From: Candidatus Enterousia sp.
Lineage (GTDB): Bacteria > Pseudomonadota > Alphaproteobacteria > Rs-D84
Length of the DNA: 64,000 bases
NCBI GenBank assembly: GCA_045616625.1
Contig: JAZLHA010000013.1
Location: 4,201 to 68,200, forward strand
Direction of reading: 5' to 3'
Shown: one piece after another, positions 1-9,935 of the stretch
Numbering within the stretch: position 1 is the first letter of the stretch
Layout: every line of letters begins with the position of its first letter
Notes under the pieces: generated by a model
Seen by the model: only the letters and a program-made list of their open reading frames with translations
The model's database searches: none
Told to the model about the DNA's origin: nothing
Program-made: the position numbers and the translations under genes

Positions 1-270
1 AAATGAACCTCTGTCATATTCTATTTTTACATCGTTTAATTTCAGTTGATTTACATTTGTTTGCGGTGTGATAAACGCAGGTACTACTGTTATCGTATGT
101 GTTTCTAATGTATTACTTTGTGAGCTGCTAGGTGTTGATAAATCATAACTTGTTGTTGCTAAAAGCGATAATTTCTGGTCTATAGTTAAATTTTTTGCTT
201 GCGTAAATACAGGATGAAACACAATCATCAATATTGGTATCAGTAAAAATGTATGTTTTCTGTGTGTCAT
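1..270 (-). CDS. Partial CDS (first 90 codons, continues past the window start): hypothetical secreted or membrane protein
   Basis: My translation of the reverse strand from the ATG at 270-268 gives MTHRKHTFLLIPILMIVFHPVFTQA..., open with no stop to position 1. The N-terminus looks like a signal peptide. It is co-directional with the 291..1697 gene and lies 20 nt downstream of it. It is absent from the ORF track because there is no in-window stop. Confidence 0.5.
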   Translation of the reverse strand, partial: MTHRKHTFLLIPILMIVFHPVFTQAKNLTIDQKLSLLATTSYDLSTPSSSQSNTLETHTITVVPAFITPQTNVNQLKLNDVKIEYDRGSF

Positions 271-290
271 CTTGTTATTTAGTTTCTTCT

Positions 291-1697
291 TTATCTTATG
301 TAACTCTCTAGTATGCTTGATGCTTGAGCGTGAGCATCAGATAGACCATCATTCTGTGCCCCCCCCCCACTCGACTCGGAATTATTAGATGTTTCAGCGT
401 TGTTGCCGTTTCCATCAGTTTGAGAGGGTGTTTCAGCGTTGTTGCCGTTTCCATCAGTTTGTTCTTCTCCGGGATTAGCTTCACCTGCTGCCTTTTGTGC
501 TTTCTTTAAATCTTTTTCAGCCTTGGTACGATCAATTGAGCGCTTCATTGCACCGGATGTTATCGCACCAACCGCCGTTCCAACCCCAGCACCCAACATC
601 GCAGATGATGCCGCCGTTTGTGAACGGGTTAAACGATATGCATTTTCTTTGAATGTTGTAATATCTATGCCAAAATAGTCAGGATTACAATCGAATGTTG
701 AGCCGGCATACGCCTTTTTGGATGCGTATGGGGTTTCTGAATTGTTCGCAAAGAAGTCAATTGAATAAACACAATCCAGACTACGATCGTCAAACATTGC
801 GCCAATCAAACTGCACTGTGTGCGCATCTTGTCACGTAATTCGTACAGACGTTCTTCGTCCTTTTTTACCTGAATTTCACTGTTTTCACGCAGGGTGGCA
901 AATACCGCCGATGAACGTGCCGCCAATCCTGAATCTTGTTCAATACATTTTTTCGCAATTTTGCTACATTCGGCAATTGCGGCGTCCCCGTATTTCTTGC
1001 CAATGCATTTCATAAATGTTGGACCGCACTGTTTTACAATACAACTGTTGTAATCGTTACCACAATTTATAATCGATTCGTATCCGGATACCTTTTGTGC
1101 CATATCGCGATCGGCCTTGATTTCCACAGCGAATAGGGTGAATTCATGTGCACTACATTCAACCTTTGACCGGCATGATTCAATTTTGTTGCTCCATGCA
1201 GTATCGGTGTCGCCGGCACAATTTACAAAGTCGTTACCGCATTTATCGGTCATACAGTTACGTAAATCTGTATCACATTTATTTCTTGAATTGCCAGATA
1301 TAGATGCTTTTATCGTAGTGGCATTTATTTCGTTTGCAACCGCAGCGTCCGCCGCTGCACGTTGTGCGCGAATTTTGTCCGATAATTCCGAATCATTGTC
1401 CGATTCGTTTGTGAAACTGGATGTTGTTGAAAATTGCGATGATTTGTCTTGAATTACAAATTCTGGTTCCGATTTAATTGTGTTTTCTGGTTCAGGTTCG
1501 GATTCGGACACTGGTTCAACCGCTTTTGTTGCAACCTTTGGGTGCGCCGCAGGTGTCGCCACAGTGGTGCGTTTTATAGTCGTGCGTTGTGCAACCGCAG
1601 CATCAGCAAGCCCAATATGCGCACACATAATAATTGGTGCTAACAATAATTGACTATAAAAAATCAAACTTTTTTGTTTCATTTTATTGTCCTGCAT
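291..1697 (-). CDS. Secreted cysteine-rich paralog family protein (P1) with a glycine-zipper segment and a C-terminal 13-aa tandem repeat
   Basis: 468-aa ORF with a signal-like N-terminus (LLLAPIIMCAHIGLADA). The module CDTDLRNCMTDKCGNDFVNCAGDTD is shared with the ORFs at 1679, 48303, 51059 and 53192. It has a Gly-zipper (GAGVGTAVGAITSGA). An alternative start (M6, 1682) would abut the upstream stop codon. Confidence 0.75.
   Translation of the reverse strand: MQDNKMKQKSLIFYSQLLLAPIIMCAHIGLADAAVAQRTTIKRTTVATPAAHPKVATKAVEPVSESEPEPENTIKSEPEFVIQDKSSQFSTTSSFTNESDNDSELSDKIRAQRAAADAAVANEINATTIKASISGNSRNKCDTDLRNCMTDKCGNDFVNCAGDTDTAWSNKIESCRSKVECSAHEFTLFAVEIKADRDMAQKVSGYESIINCGNDYNSCIVKQCGPTFMKCIGKKYGDAAIAECSKIAKKCIEQDSGLAARSSAVFATLRENSEIQVKKDEERLYELRDKMRTQCSLIGAMFDDRSLDCVYSIDFFANNSETPYASKKAYAGSTFDCNPDYFGIDITTFKENAYRLTRSQTAASSAMLGAGVGTAVGAITSGAMKRSIDRTKAEKDLKKAQKAAGEANPGEEQTDGNGNNAETPSQTDGNGNNAETSNNSESSGGGAQNDGLSDAHAQASSILESYIR
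359..368. repeat. C10 homopolymer (G10 on the coding strand) inside the 3' end of the P1 gene
   Basis: Read directly as tgtgcc+cccccccc+ac. It encodes the GGG in ...SESSGGGAQ... . It is a conspicuous G/C tract in otherwise AT-rich DNA. Confidence 0.9.
391..461. repeat. Tandem direct repeat: an identical 32-nt core repeated with a 39-nt period inside P1
   Basis: gtttcagcgttgttgccgtttccatcagtttg occurs at 391-422 and again at 430-461. It encodes QTDGNGNNAETPS / QTDGNGNNAETSN. Confidence 0.95.
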
Positions 1698-2566
1698 GCC
1701 GTTTCGTAAAAACTACACAGGCTGATTGCCATTGGTTTTTCCTTGAATTTATCGCTCTTTTCAATATCTTTTTGACATTTGTCGCGCATATTGTTCGCAC
1801 ATACTGTTGCAACACATCTGTCGCGGGCGGTATTGTCGGTGCAACCAGAACGGATTTCAGTCAGTTTCGATTCGCGTGCCTGTTTGTATGATGCAATAAT
1901 TCTATCTATTAAATCATCCTTGGCTTCAAAAAGATTTGCACGAACTGTTTTTAATTTGGTTTTGATAGATGCTGTATGCTCGGCACAATTAGATGCTTCA
2001 ATTGCACATTCTGCAAAAACACGATCAAAATCCGAATCGGTTTTACAGTTTGAATAGTCAATGCCGCATTTTTTGTCACGTGTTATACATTCCGATATGT
2101 CTGTTTCGCATTCAGGCATTTTCTTTGCCACTGCTTTCTTTGCTTTGGCGGCAATATTCGACATTTCCTGGCTTATGCCGGCGGCAGTACACGATTGTTC
2201 AATCAAAATATCGTACACCTCAGATACATCATCAGGGGTACAATCTGGTAATTTTTTAAGGCATTGTTCGGTCCCCCAAATATAACGTTGACCAGGATCG
2301 TCGTTTGGTGCAGATTTTAAGTCCTTGTCAGAAATAGTGTATTTTGTTGAACCTGTGGATACGGAACGCATACCGGTTGCCTTGGGTGCGCCAGCAGTTG
2401 CTGTGCCACAATATTGGCAACGTGCCGCCGGATTAGAAGATAAGTTTATTGCACATACAGAATCCAAACAACGCGTTAAATTTGCATGCGAACAAGACGC
2501 CGCCCATCCAGAAAATGGAATGGTCGCCAAACACGAAGCAATACAAATAAATTTTAGTGCTTTCAT
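1679..2566 (-). CDS. Secreted cysteine-rich paralog family protein (P2)
   Basis: The ORF 1679..2611 was trimmed to M16 (MKALKFICIASCLATIPFSGWAASC, a signal peptide), which is preceded by AAGAGAG. The module CETDISECITRDKKCGIDYSNCKTDSD matches the family. The gene overlaps or abuts P1, so it is probably in the same operon. Confidence 0.7.
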   Translation of the reverse strand: MKALKFICIASCLATIPFSGWAASCSHANLTRCLDSVCAINLSSNPAARCQYCGTATAGAPKATGMRSVSTGSTKYTISDKDLKSAPNDDPGQRYIWGTEQCLKKLPDCTPDDVSEVYDILIEQSCTAAGISQEMSNIAAKAKKAVAKKMPECETDISECITRDKKCGIDYSNCKTDSDFDRVFAECAIEASNCAEHTASIKTKLKTVRANLFEAKDDLIDRIIASYKQARESKLTEIRSGCTDNTARDRCVATVCANNMRDKCQKDIEKSDKFKEKPMAISLCSFYETACRTIK

Positions 2567-2707
2567 TTCTCTCTTGTACTTAACTATATCAGAAAATAAA
2601 ATGTATCGCAAAGGGAAAAAAAATAAAAAATAATTTAATACTTGACAAAATGTAAATTTAGGCTATGTTTGTTTGTGTAAATCTAAAAAACAAAAAAGGG
2701 TTTAGAG

Positions 2708-3220
2708 ATGAATAAACAAAATGTAAAAACAAAAATTAATGATGTTATTGGTTCGCCAAAGTTTGTTGCTGCAACAAATTTATTGATTATGGTGGGACTT
2801 GTTTTACTTCTGTGTAAAAGTTGTGGTGTTGAAAAAAACAACAAAAATAATGCAGAAGAAATTGCTGGATTAAAGAAAGAAATTGCAAATTTGAAAAATG
2901 GTAGTGTTGATTTAGGTTCTAAGTTCGATAATCTTGATGATAAAATAGTTAATCTTGATGATAAAATTATTGGTTTGAGTGAAATTGTTGATAGTTGTTG
3001 CTGTGATTGTAACAAAAAAACTGTTGTAAAACCAGTAGCAAAACCAAAGCCTGTTGTAAAAAAGAACCCTGTGCCAGTCGTTATTCATGATACTGTTGTC
3101 AAGGTTGTTCGTGATACTGTTATTAAAGAACCAGAGCCGGTTGTTCAAAACAATAGTGCAGATGCCTCTACAGGAAGTGTTCACTATACTTTGTATGTAA
3201 TGAAATCTAAACGTCGTTAA
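2708..3220 (+). CDS. Hypothetical membrane-anchored protein (N-terminal TM, NLDDKI repeat, CCCDC cluster, Lys/Pro/Val-rich tail)
   Basis: 170-aa ORF with a purine-rich stretch before the ATG and a TM segment (FVAATNLLIMVGLVLLLC). A terminator-like hairpin lies downstream. The overlapping minus-strand ORFs look like shadow ORFs. Confidence 0.55.
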   Translation: MNKQNVKTKINDVIGSPKFVAATNLLIMVGLVLLLCKSCGVEKNNKNNAEEIAGLKKEIANLKNGSVDLGSKFDNLDDKIVNLDDKIIGLSEIVDSCCCDCNKKTVVKPVAKPKPVVKKNPVPVVIHDTVVKVVRDTVIKEPEPVVQNNSADASTGSVHYTLYVMKSKRR

Positions 3221-3358
3221 TGACGAATTTAGATAAAAAAATAAAAATCCGTATGCGTTTCGTTCGCTGCGGATTTTTTTATGCCAAAATTTACTGGACA
3301 CATATTGGCATAATATGATAAAATTTTTATCATTAAAAATGATGTGTAGAGGGAAAAT

Positions 3359-6300
3359 ATGAAATCAGGACGTTTGTATCTGGCTATTTCGACGATTTTG
3401 CCATGTGTTTGTTATGCGGCAAATAATCCTGAATTTGCAGCGGCGACAAAGTTGCTTACAGCGGCGAAAAATGCCGATATTCAACAGGTGCAAAGTTTAA
3501 TTAACGGTGGCGCTGATGTAAATTATGTTGATTCAACCGGGTTGTCTTTGGTTTGTACTGCAATAATGAATAATGATACGCGCGCGGTGCAAATTCTCCA
3601 AATGTATGGTGCGGATGCGTCCCAGTGTGATAGGCAGATTAAAAAATATAGAAATTTAAATAATCCTAAATCAAGTTCAGGGGTGTTTAGTGGTTTATCA
3701 TCAACCCAAGGATTGGTTTTATCGGCGGGCGCAGGTGCGGCTGTTGTCGGTGGGGTGTTGTTATTAACTGACGTTTTTGATCCATCAAATGGTAATGGTG
3801 GTTCTGGATCTGGTGGTCATGGTGGTGATGATGATGATCCTGTCAAACCAGACCCAGAATTTACATTGCCATATGGACCATTGTCACAAGATGTGGATGT
3901 TTTTTCATCTGGTGTTTATAAAGCTGATTTTGATTATTTTAGACCTGGTCAAAAAGGTGTTGAAACTAATACTTATCTGACGGATGGTGTTACACCGTTA
4001 CAAAATTATTTGTTAATGATGCATGGTTATCATCCTTTTTCTCGTGGATATATGGGACAGACAACATTTCGTGATAGAAATAACGCGCCAGTAAAAATAT
4101 TAAACGGCACTGGTGGTGGCATCCCAATGATTGTTTCGGCGATAACTAATAATGGTTTGAATTTAGCCGGGTCTTTGGGGCGTGCTAGTGGTATAGCGTA
4201 TGCAGATAGCGCGGCAGTAGATGTAAATACATATACTGTTGATAAATATTTAAATTTTGAGAATCCTATTAAGGAAGAGGAAGAAAATATTTTATCATCT
4301 CTGGGTGAGGAAAAGGGTGGATACGATTTATCTGGATCTGGAACTGTGTTTAATCCGTGGGCAACACCTGATGATTCTGCACTGGGTAAAATTATCGCAG
4401 GATGGGAAGCAGGTGAACGTAGTGTTGCGGATTTATACGGTTTTATACCTAATGGTCGTTTGGCTGTGTATCGTACTGGTGGTGGAAAATCTTGGGCAAA
4501 TGTTGCCGGTGATGTTGTTGCAACTTTGATAAAAGATAACGATAATACCGAAACATTTGTTCAGGTCGGTGATACAATAAAAATTGGTGAAACAATTTAT
4601 ACTATTGAAAAGGCAGTTGCTAGTTCTTCTATAAATAATCCAACCATTACTATTTCAGGGACAACATATAAGGTTGCAGATGATAGTGAAATGTTGGTTG
4701 CAAAGGTTGGTGGTGATGTTAAATTTGCACTTTATCGTGGTACGGACGATTTTTATTATATAAATGATAATGGTGGCAATACTGCCAATAAAGTGTTTTA
4801 TCTAGACCCAAATAAAGACGTAGAGGCAAATGCATATAATTTCTATACGGGTAAAACACTTGAAACTGTGGCGTTTGATACATTTAAGGCAATGTATGCG
4901 GCACGATCTGATGGGGCTGCAGTGATTGCAAATTTGACCATTAATCCTAAAGCAAGAAAATCAAGTTATTTGAATATTAGTGGTGTTGAGAATTATTTTG
5001 CTACTGAAATAGCAAAAGGGAAGGAGAAAACAGATATTGGTATGTTTAAACGTACTATAAGCGAATATTATGATGCTTCATATAATCCTAGTAGTACTGC
5101 GAACAATTATCCTGGTGATTATGCAGATGCTTTGTTTAGCGTTCCGCCATCCTCAATTATTATTATGCCAGCTGGTGAATTTGCGTATGGTTTGGGAACA
5201 GATAAATCAACATCTATATTGGACGCCACATTTGAAAATTATGCACCGGCATTGTATAGCAATTTAGAGCATAGATTTATGACGGTTGTTGCCGTACAAC
5301 ATGCAACAAATGATATTGCTAATCAATCAACTATATCTGGGTATGGTGACGGCGTAAGTTCAGGTGTTTTATATTTGGCTACGCATAAGGAAGGGGACGA
5401 TTTAAATATATCACGTAAATGTGGTGTTGCTGGTTCCGGGGTTGGTTCTGTTGATCCGTGGTGCTTTGCGGCGGCGGGTCCAACAACGGAAATGGCAACG
5501 GCATCGGCTGCTGGTGCGGTGGCTGCTGTACAAGGGGCGTTTAGCACATTTCTCTCAAATGATCAGGTGTTCACTTTGTTAGCGTTGACGGCAGATGGCG
5601 CATATCTAGCTTATGACGATAATGGAAATAAATATACCGAAGATACTTTGAAAAAATATTTGCAATCTATGTATTCTTTACCACAAGATTATCATATTAG
5701 TGAAAATACAAAGGCAAGTGAATATTTAAATGCGTTTAAAGATGTTTATGGCTATGGGCTTATAAATCTGGAAAGAGCGACAAAACCAGGAAAGTCTGTG
5801 TATTACTATGATGGTAGTAAAATAGTTTCAACAAAAGGTAATGCTTATTGGCGTGCCGCTATGAATACAAATGTTAATTTGACGGGGGCTTTTGGCGGAC
5901 GCAGTGCGACAATATCTGCACCATTCTATGATGTTTTAACCAGTGTTGATGGTCAAATGTCTATGCCGCGTATTTGGGAAAATGAATTTACACTCGGGGT
6001 CGATTCAAAACGTGGTTTATATATGGGCGATGTATTGGGTGATTTTAAGGTTCGCAAAGATGATGCCCAGAAAATGCAATTTGGTAATATGGCGTTTTCT
6101 ATGGCGGTGTCGCAACGGCCGTATGTTGATAACTTAAACGGTTTGGATAATTTAAGTTTAAGTTATGATAATGATAAGTTTGGTTTAAATGCTGGGTTCC
6201 AACGTTATTTTACTGATGGTCAATCGCGGTTTAATGGTTTGTCAAATCCAGTATTGGGCTTGGCAACGAATGCAATTGTGACCGGTGGTGAATATAAATA

Positions 6301-7021
6301 TGGTAATTGGTCATTTGGCGCGCGTGCATTTTCAGGAAGTATCACTGATGAAAGTTTCTTGCAAAACGATCCAACAGTGTCCGCACAATATGAACCGCTA
6401 CGTTTAGGTTTGGCCCAGGGTGGACAATCAAACATCGGTTGGGATAATGATAAGTTTTCTGTGGCGGCTAGTTTTGGTGTTATGCACGAAACAGATACAG
6501 TATTGGGTGCCCAGACCACAGGTTTGTTGAATATAGGTAACGGTGACACAACGTATGTTGATGTTGTTTCAACTTATAAACCAATAGAAAATGTTAGTTT
6601 GACATTACGTTCAACGTTTGCGCGGACGCATGCGGATGCAACAGGTGGCTTGATTATGGGATTGTCTGAATTAAACTCTAATGCGTTTGCGTTTGGTGCA
6701 GATGTCGGTAATTTTAGTTTCAGTATATCACGTCCATTGGCGATAACTGATGGAAATTTGCAGTATGCTTATGCGAAATATGATATTGCTGAAATTAGTT
6801 CTGGAAAATATGATTTAGTAATCGCTGATGCTGGGGCGCGCAATTTGAATTTAAGTCCGTCTGTTCGTGAAACGCGTTTGATGGGTGCGTATCGCCATAA
6901 CTTTGGTGAATTTACAGATGGTGCACTTGGGTTTATATATCGCATCAATCCAAACAATACAAACGTGTTTGGTAATGAATCCATATTTATGCTGAAACTA
7001 ACACACAGATTGGGAATTTAA
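3359..7021 (+). CDS. Large surface protein: signal peptide, ankyrin repeats, subtilase (S8)-like passenger with a non-canonical Ser motif, and an autotransporter-like C-terminal beta domain
   Basis: 1220 aa with the RBS GAGGGAAAAT before the ATG. It has an ANK-like stretch (NADIQQVQSLINGGADVNYVDSTGLSLVCTAIMNNDTRAVQILQMYGADAS). PTTEMATASAAGAVAAV aligns to the S8 motif GTSMAAPHVSGAAALV, with Glu at the Ser position. GYGLINLERATKPG resembles the post-S8 motif of protease autotransporters. The last ~300 aa show an alternating beta-strand pattern. Confidence 0.5.
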   Translation: MKSGRLYLAISTILPCVCYAANNPEFAAATKLLTAAKNADIQQVQSLINGGADVNYVDSTGLSLVCTAIMNNDTRAVQILQMYGADASQCDRQIKKYRNLNNPKSSSGVFSGLSSTQGLVLSAGAGAAVVGGVLLLTDVFDPSNGNGGSGSGGHGGDDDDPVKPDPEFTLPYGPLSQDVDVFSSGVYKADFDYFRPGQKGVETNTYLTDGVTPLQNYLLMMHGYHPFSRGYMGQTTFRDRNNAPVKILNGTGGGIPMIVSAITNNGLNLAGSLGRASGIAYADSAAVDVNTYTVDKYLNFENPIKEEEENILSSLGEEKGGYDLSGSGTVFNPWATPDDSALGKIIAGWEAGERSVADLYGFIPNGRLAVYRTGGGKSWANVAGDVVATLIKDNDNTETFVQVGDTIKIGETIYTIEKAVASSSINNPTITISGTTYKVADDSEMLVAKVGGDVKFALYRGTDDFYYINDNGGNTANKVFYLDPNKDVEANAYNFYTGKTLETVAFDTFKAMYAARSDGAAVIANLTINPKARKSSYLNISGVENYFATEIAKGKEKTDIGMFKRTISEYYDASYNPSSTANNYPGDYADALFSVPPSSIIIMPAGEFAYGLGTDKSTSILDATFENYAPALYSNLEHRFMTVVAVQHATNDIANQSTISGYGDGVSSGVLYLATHKEGDDLNISRKCGVAGSGVGSVDPWCFAAAGPTTEMATASAAGAVAAVQGAFSTFLSNDQVFTLLALTADGAYLAYDDNGNKYTEDTLKKYLQSMYSLPQDYHISENTKASEYLNAFKDVYGYGLINLERATKPGKSVYYYDGSKIVSTKGNAYWRAAMNTNVNLTGAFGGRSATISAPFYDVLTSVDGQMSMPRIWENEFTLGVDSKRGLYMGDVLGDFKVRKDDAQKMQFGNMAFSMAVSQRPYVDNLNGLDNLSLSYDNDKFGLNAGFQRYFTDGQSRFNGLSNPVLGLATNAIVTGGEYKYGNWSFGARAFSGSITDESFLQNDPTVSAQYEPLRLGLAQGGQSNIGWDNDKFSVAASFGVMHETDTVLGAQTTGLLNIGNGDTTYVDVVSTYKPIENVSLTLRSTFARTHADATGGLIMGLSELNSNAFAFGADVGNFSFSISRPLAITDGNLQYAYAKYDIAEISSGKYDLVIADAGARNLNLSPSVRETRLMGAYRHNFGEFTDGALGFIYRINPNNTNVFGNESIFMLKLTHRLGI

Positions 7022-7034
7022 GATAAAATAAAAT

Positions 7035-7060
7035 ACCCATCATACGATGGGTTTTTATTT
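7035..7060 (+). terminator. Rho-independent terminator
   Basis: The stem acccatc/gatgggt (7035-7041 / 7046-7052) has a 4-nt loop and is followed by a T-run. Confidence 0.7.
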
Positions 7061-7061
7061 C

Positions 7062-7146
7062 TGGTGGCCCTGATCGGACTCGAACCGATACTCCTTGCAG
7101 ACCTTGATTTTGAGTCAAGCGCGTCTACCAATTCCGCCACAGGGCC
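7062..7146 (-). tRNA. tRNA-Leu (anticodon CAA)
   Basis: The reverse complement folds as a cloverleaf: acceptor GGCCCUG/CAGGGCC, anticodon stem cttga/tcaag with loop ctCAAaa, a long variable arm, T-arm atcgg-ttcgagt-ccgat, and an encoded CCA. Confidence 0.9.
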
Positions 7147-7162
7147 ATTGAATAAAGACTAC

Positions 7163-7537
7163 TTATTTTGCAGCAGCCTTTTTCGCTTCAACTTTTTTTA
7201 CCAAACGGGCACTGCGGTTAGCCTTGTGAACAGGTTTTTTCGCAGGTTTTTCAGCCTTGCCGTTTTTCTTTTCAATGGCTTTTTTAATTGCGGCCATCTC
7301 CGGTGTTAAACGTGATACAGGTTTCGCCATAACATAGGCATCCAAACCACCGTGTTTGGTCAATGTACGCAAACCAGCAGTTGAAATACGCAATGCGAAA
7401 TCGCGATTCAAAATATCACTATGAAAACTTAATTTTTGCAAATTTGGCAAGAATGTGCGTTTTGTATGACGCATAGAGTGGGAAACATTCATCCCAACCA
7501 TTGTTTTCTTACCTGTAACATTACATGTACGTGGCAT
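7163..7537 (-). CDS. rpmB: 50S ribosomal protein L28 with a Lys-rich C-terminal extension
   Basis: The N-terminus MPRTCNVTGKKTMVGMNVSHSMRHTKRTFLPNLQ is a typical L28 signature. Confidence 0.9.
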   Translation of the reverse strand: MPRTCNVTGKKTMVGMNVSHSMRHTKRTFLPNLQKLSFHSDILNRDFALRISTAGLRTLTKHGGLDAYVMAKPVSRLTPEMAAIKKAIEKKNGKAEKPAKKPVHKANRSARLVKKVEAKKAAAK

Positions 7538-7637
7538 AATTTTAATCCTTTGATAATCGGGCTTATAATTTAATAGATATTTACCTAAAAGTCAAGCGTT
7601 TTATATCAAGTTTACCTATGTGGTTATTGTCCTATGT

Positions 7638-7668
7638 CTTGAAAGGTCTTTTTTTGGCACTATATATA
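7638..7668 (+). promoter_or_regulatory. Candidate sigma-32-type heat-shock promoter upstream of clpB
   Basis: CTTGAAA at 7638-7644 is followed about 16-17 nt later by cactatatat, which resembles the CTTG-N17-18-CYTATNT pattern described for alphaproteobacterial RpoH promoters. Confidence 0.35.
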
Positions 7669-7694
7669 CCACATAAAAATTAAGGAGCATGTAA

Positions 7695-9752
7695 ATGAAT
7701 CCAGAAGAAGTTCAAGAAACACCAGAACAGGCAATTGCTAAATATACTACCGATTTTACTAAATTGGCGGCGGACGGAAAACTTGATCCTGTTATTGGTC
7801 GTGATGAAGAAATTCGCCGGACCATTCAGGTTTTATCCCGCAGAACAAAAAATAACCCAGTATTAATTGGTAATCCGGGGGTTGGTAAAACCGCGATAGT
7901 AGAAGGTTTAGCCGAGCGTATAATTTCGCGTGATATTCCAGAAAACCTGCAAAATAAAAAATTGCTGTCGTTGGATATGGGTGCTTTGATGGCCGGTGCT
8001 ATGTTTCGTGGGCAATTTGAGGGCCGCTTAAAGGCGATATTAAAAGCAGTCAAAGATTCAGACGGTCAAATTATTTTGTTTATTGATGAATTACACACAA
8101 TGGTTGGTGCCGGCAAAGGTGAGGGGTCAATGGATGCGGGTAATTTATTAAAGCCTATGTTGGCGCGTGGCGAATTGCATTGTTTGGGCGCAACTACATT
8201 GGATGAATATCGTCAATATATTGAAAAAGATCCTGCGTTGGCGCGTCGTTTTCAACCTGTTTATATTGACGAACCAACTGTTGCAGATACGATTTCTATA
8301 TTGCGCGGATTAAAAGAAAAATATGAGGGTCATCATGGGGTTCGTATTTCTGATTCTGCGCTGGTTGATGCGGTTAAACTTTCTAATCGTTATATCACAG
8401 ATAGATTTTTACCAGATAAAGCGATTGACTTAATTGATGAAGCGGCTGCACGTGTTCGTATTGAATTGGCGTCTAAACCAGAGGCTTTGGATGAAGTTGA
8501 TAGACATTTGATGCAATTAAAAATAGAACAACAAGCATTGAAAAAAGAAAAGGATGCAGATTCTAAAAAACGTTTGGCTGATTTGGAAACTTTGATTGCG
8601 AAGACCGAAGAAGAATCAAAAAAAATGACGGCTGTATGGCGCGATGAGCAACAAAAAATGCGTGGACTGTCGGATGCTATGGCGGCGTTAGATTCAGCAA
8701 AGGCTGAGGTTGCAACAGCACTGCGTAATGGCGATTATGAAAAAGCATCTGCATTACAATATGGCAAGATTCCAGAACTCGAAGAAAATATTAAAAAGAT
8801 GAATTCGGAATCAAAAGAATATAAAACTGTTTTGCCAGAACATATCGCGGCGGTCGTTAGTAAATGGACTGGGGTGCCGGCTGATAAATTGAGTGTCGAA
8901 GAACAGTCAAAACTTTTGAATATCGAAGATGAATTGCGCAAACGTGTTGTCGGTCAAGATAATGCATTGTCTGTTGTTGCGCGTGCAATTCGCCGTTCGC
9001 GTGCGGGACTTTCTGACCCACACAGACCCGCAGGTAGTTTTATGTTCCTTGGGCCAACCGGTGTTGGTAAGACCGAGGTTGCCAAGGCATTAGCGGAATA
9101 TCTGTTTAATGATGATACGGCCATGACCAGAATAGATATGAGTGAATATATGGAACCACATTCTGTGTCGCGTTTAATTGGCAGCCCCCCCGGATATGTC
9201 GGTTATGAACAGGGTGGGGTGCTGACCGAAAGTGTTCGTCGTCGTCCGTATCAGGTTTTGTTGTTTGATGAAATAGAAAAAGCAAATCCTGATGTGTTTA
9301 ATGTATTTTTGCAAATACTTGATGATGGTCGTTTGACTGATGGCCAGGGTCATGTTGTTAACTTTACAAACACAATTATAATCATGACCAGCAATTTGCC
9401 AGATATGGATGCAGTGCGTAAAAATTTCCGTCCTGAATTCATAAACAGAATTGATGAAATTGTTTTCTTTAATTCGCTGGGCAAAGATGTTATGGCGGGC
9501 ATTGTTAAAATCCAGTTGGCTAATTTGGAAAAACGTATGTCAGAACGCAATATCGGACTGGATGTATCTGACAAGGCGATTAAATGGTTGGCGGAACATG
9601 GATATGATGCAGTGTTTGGTGCACGACCACTTAAACGTTTAATAACATCAAGTGTCGAAGATAAAATCGCAGATTTGATTTTGTCCGGCAAAGTAGGCGA
9701 GGGTTCAACAGTTCATGTTGATGTCGCCGGCAAAGATTTAATTGTAAAATAA
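7695..9752 (+). CDS. clpB: ClpB disaggregase, naturally N-domain-less form
   Basis: 685 aa with the RBS AAGGAG. It starts about 14 residues before the conserved [38 protein letters not shown]. Both AAA+ modules and the middle coiled coil are present. There is no coding capacity for an N-domain in the upstream intergenic region 7538-7694. Confidence 0.9.
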   Translation: MNPEEVQETPEQAIAKYTTDFTKLAADGKLDPVIGRDEEIRRTIQVLSRRTKNNPVLIGNPGVGKTAIVEGLAERIISRDIPENLQNKKLLSLDMGALMAGAMFRGQFEGRLKAILKAVKDSDGQIILFIDELHTMVGAGKGEGSMDAGNLLKPMLARGELHCLGATTLDEYRQYIEKDPALARRFQPVYIDEPTVADTISILRGLKEKYEGHHGVRISDSALVDAVKLSNRYITDRFLPDKAIDLIDEAAARVRIELASKPEALDEVDRHLMQLKIEQQALKKEKDADSKKRLADLETLIAKTEEESKKMTAVWRDEQQKMRGLSDAMAALDSAKAEVATALRNGDYEKASALQYGKIPELEENIKKMNSESKEYKTVLPEHIAAVVSKWTGVPADKLSVEEQSKLLNIEDELRKRVVGQDNALSVVARAIRRSRAGLSDPHRPAGSFMFLGPTGVGKTEVAKALAEYLFNDDTAMTRIDMSEYMEPHSVSRLIGSPPGYVGYEQGGVLTESVRRRPYQVLLFDEIEKANPDVFNVFLQILDDGRLTDGQGHVVNFTNTIIIMTSNLPDMDAVRKNFRPEFINRIDEIVFFNSLGKDVMAGIVKIQLANLEKRMSERNIGLDVSDKAIKWLAEHGYDAVFGARPLKRLITSSVEDKIADLILSGKVGEGSTVHVDVAGKDLIVK

Positions 9753-9779
9753 AAACGGGGTTTTAAACCCCGTTTTTTA
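9753..9779 (+). terminator. Rho-independent terminator after clpB
   Basis: A hairpin (cggggtt ... aaccccg) is followed by tttttt. Confidence 0.75.
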
Positions 9780-9935
9780 TCTTTGATGATTATTAATAAA
9801 CATATCCCTTTTTATGGAATTTATTTCATATAAATAAGATTTATCTGCTTTTATATATATTGGTCTGTGTTTTATTTGTTTGTTAGATTGTTGTTTAACA
9901 AATTTGTGTGTTTTGCTCATAATGTTTCCTTATGT

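Noticed and set aside
439-1643. Numerous 60-130-aa ORFs antisense to or nested within long genes. Examples are 439..678, 695..1015, 1117..1452, 3777..3980, 7826..8053, 17144..17828, 49948..50502, 51810..52130, 56159..57037 and 59543..60108.
   Set aside because: They are shadow ORFs of confidently identified genes on the opposite strand or in another frame. They have no RBS and biased, repetitive translations.
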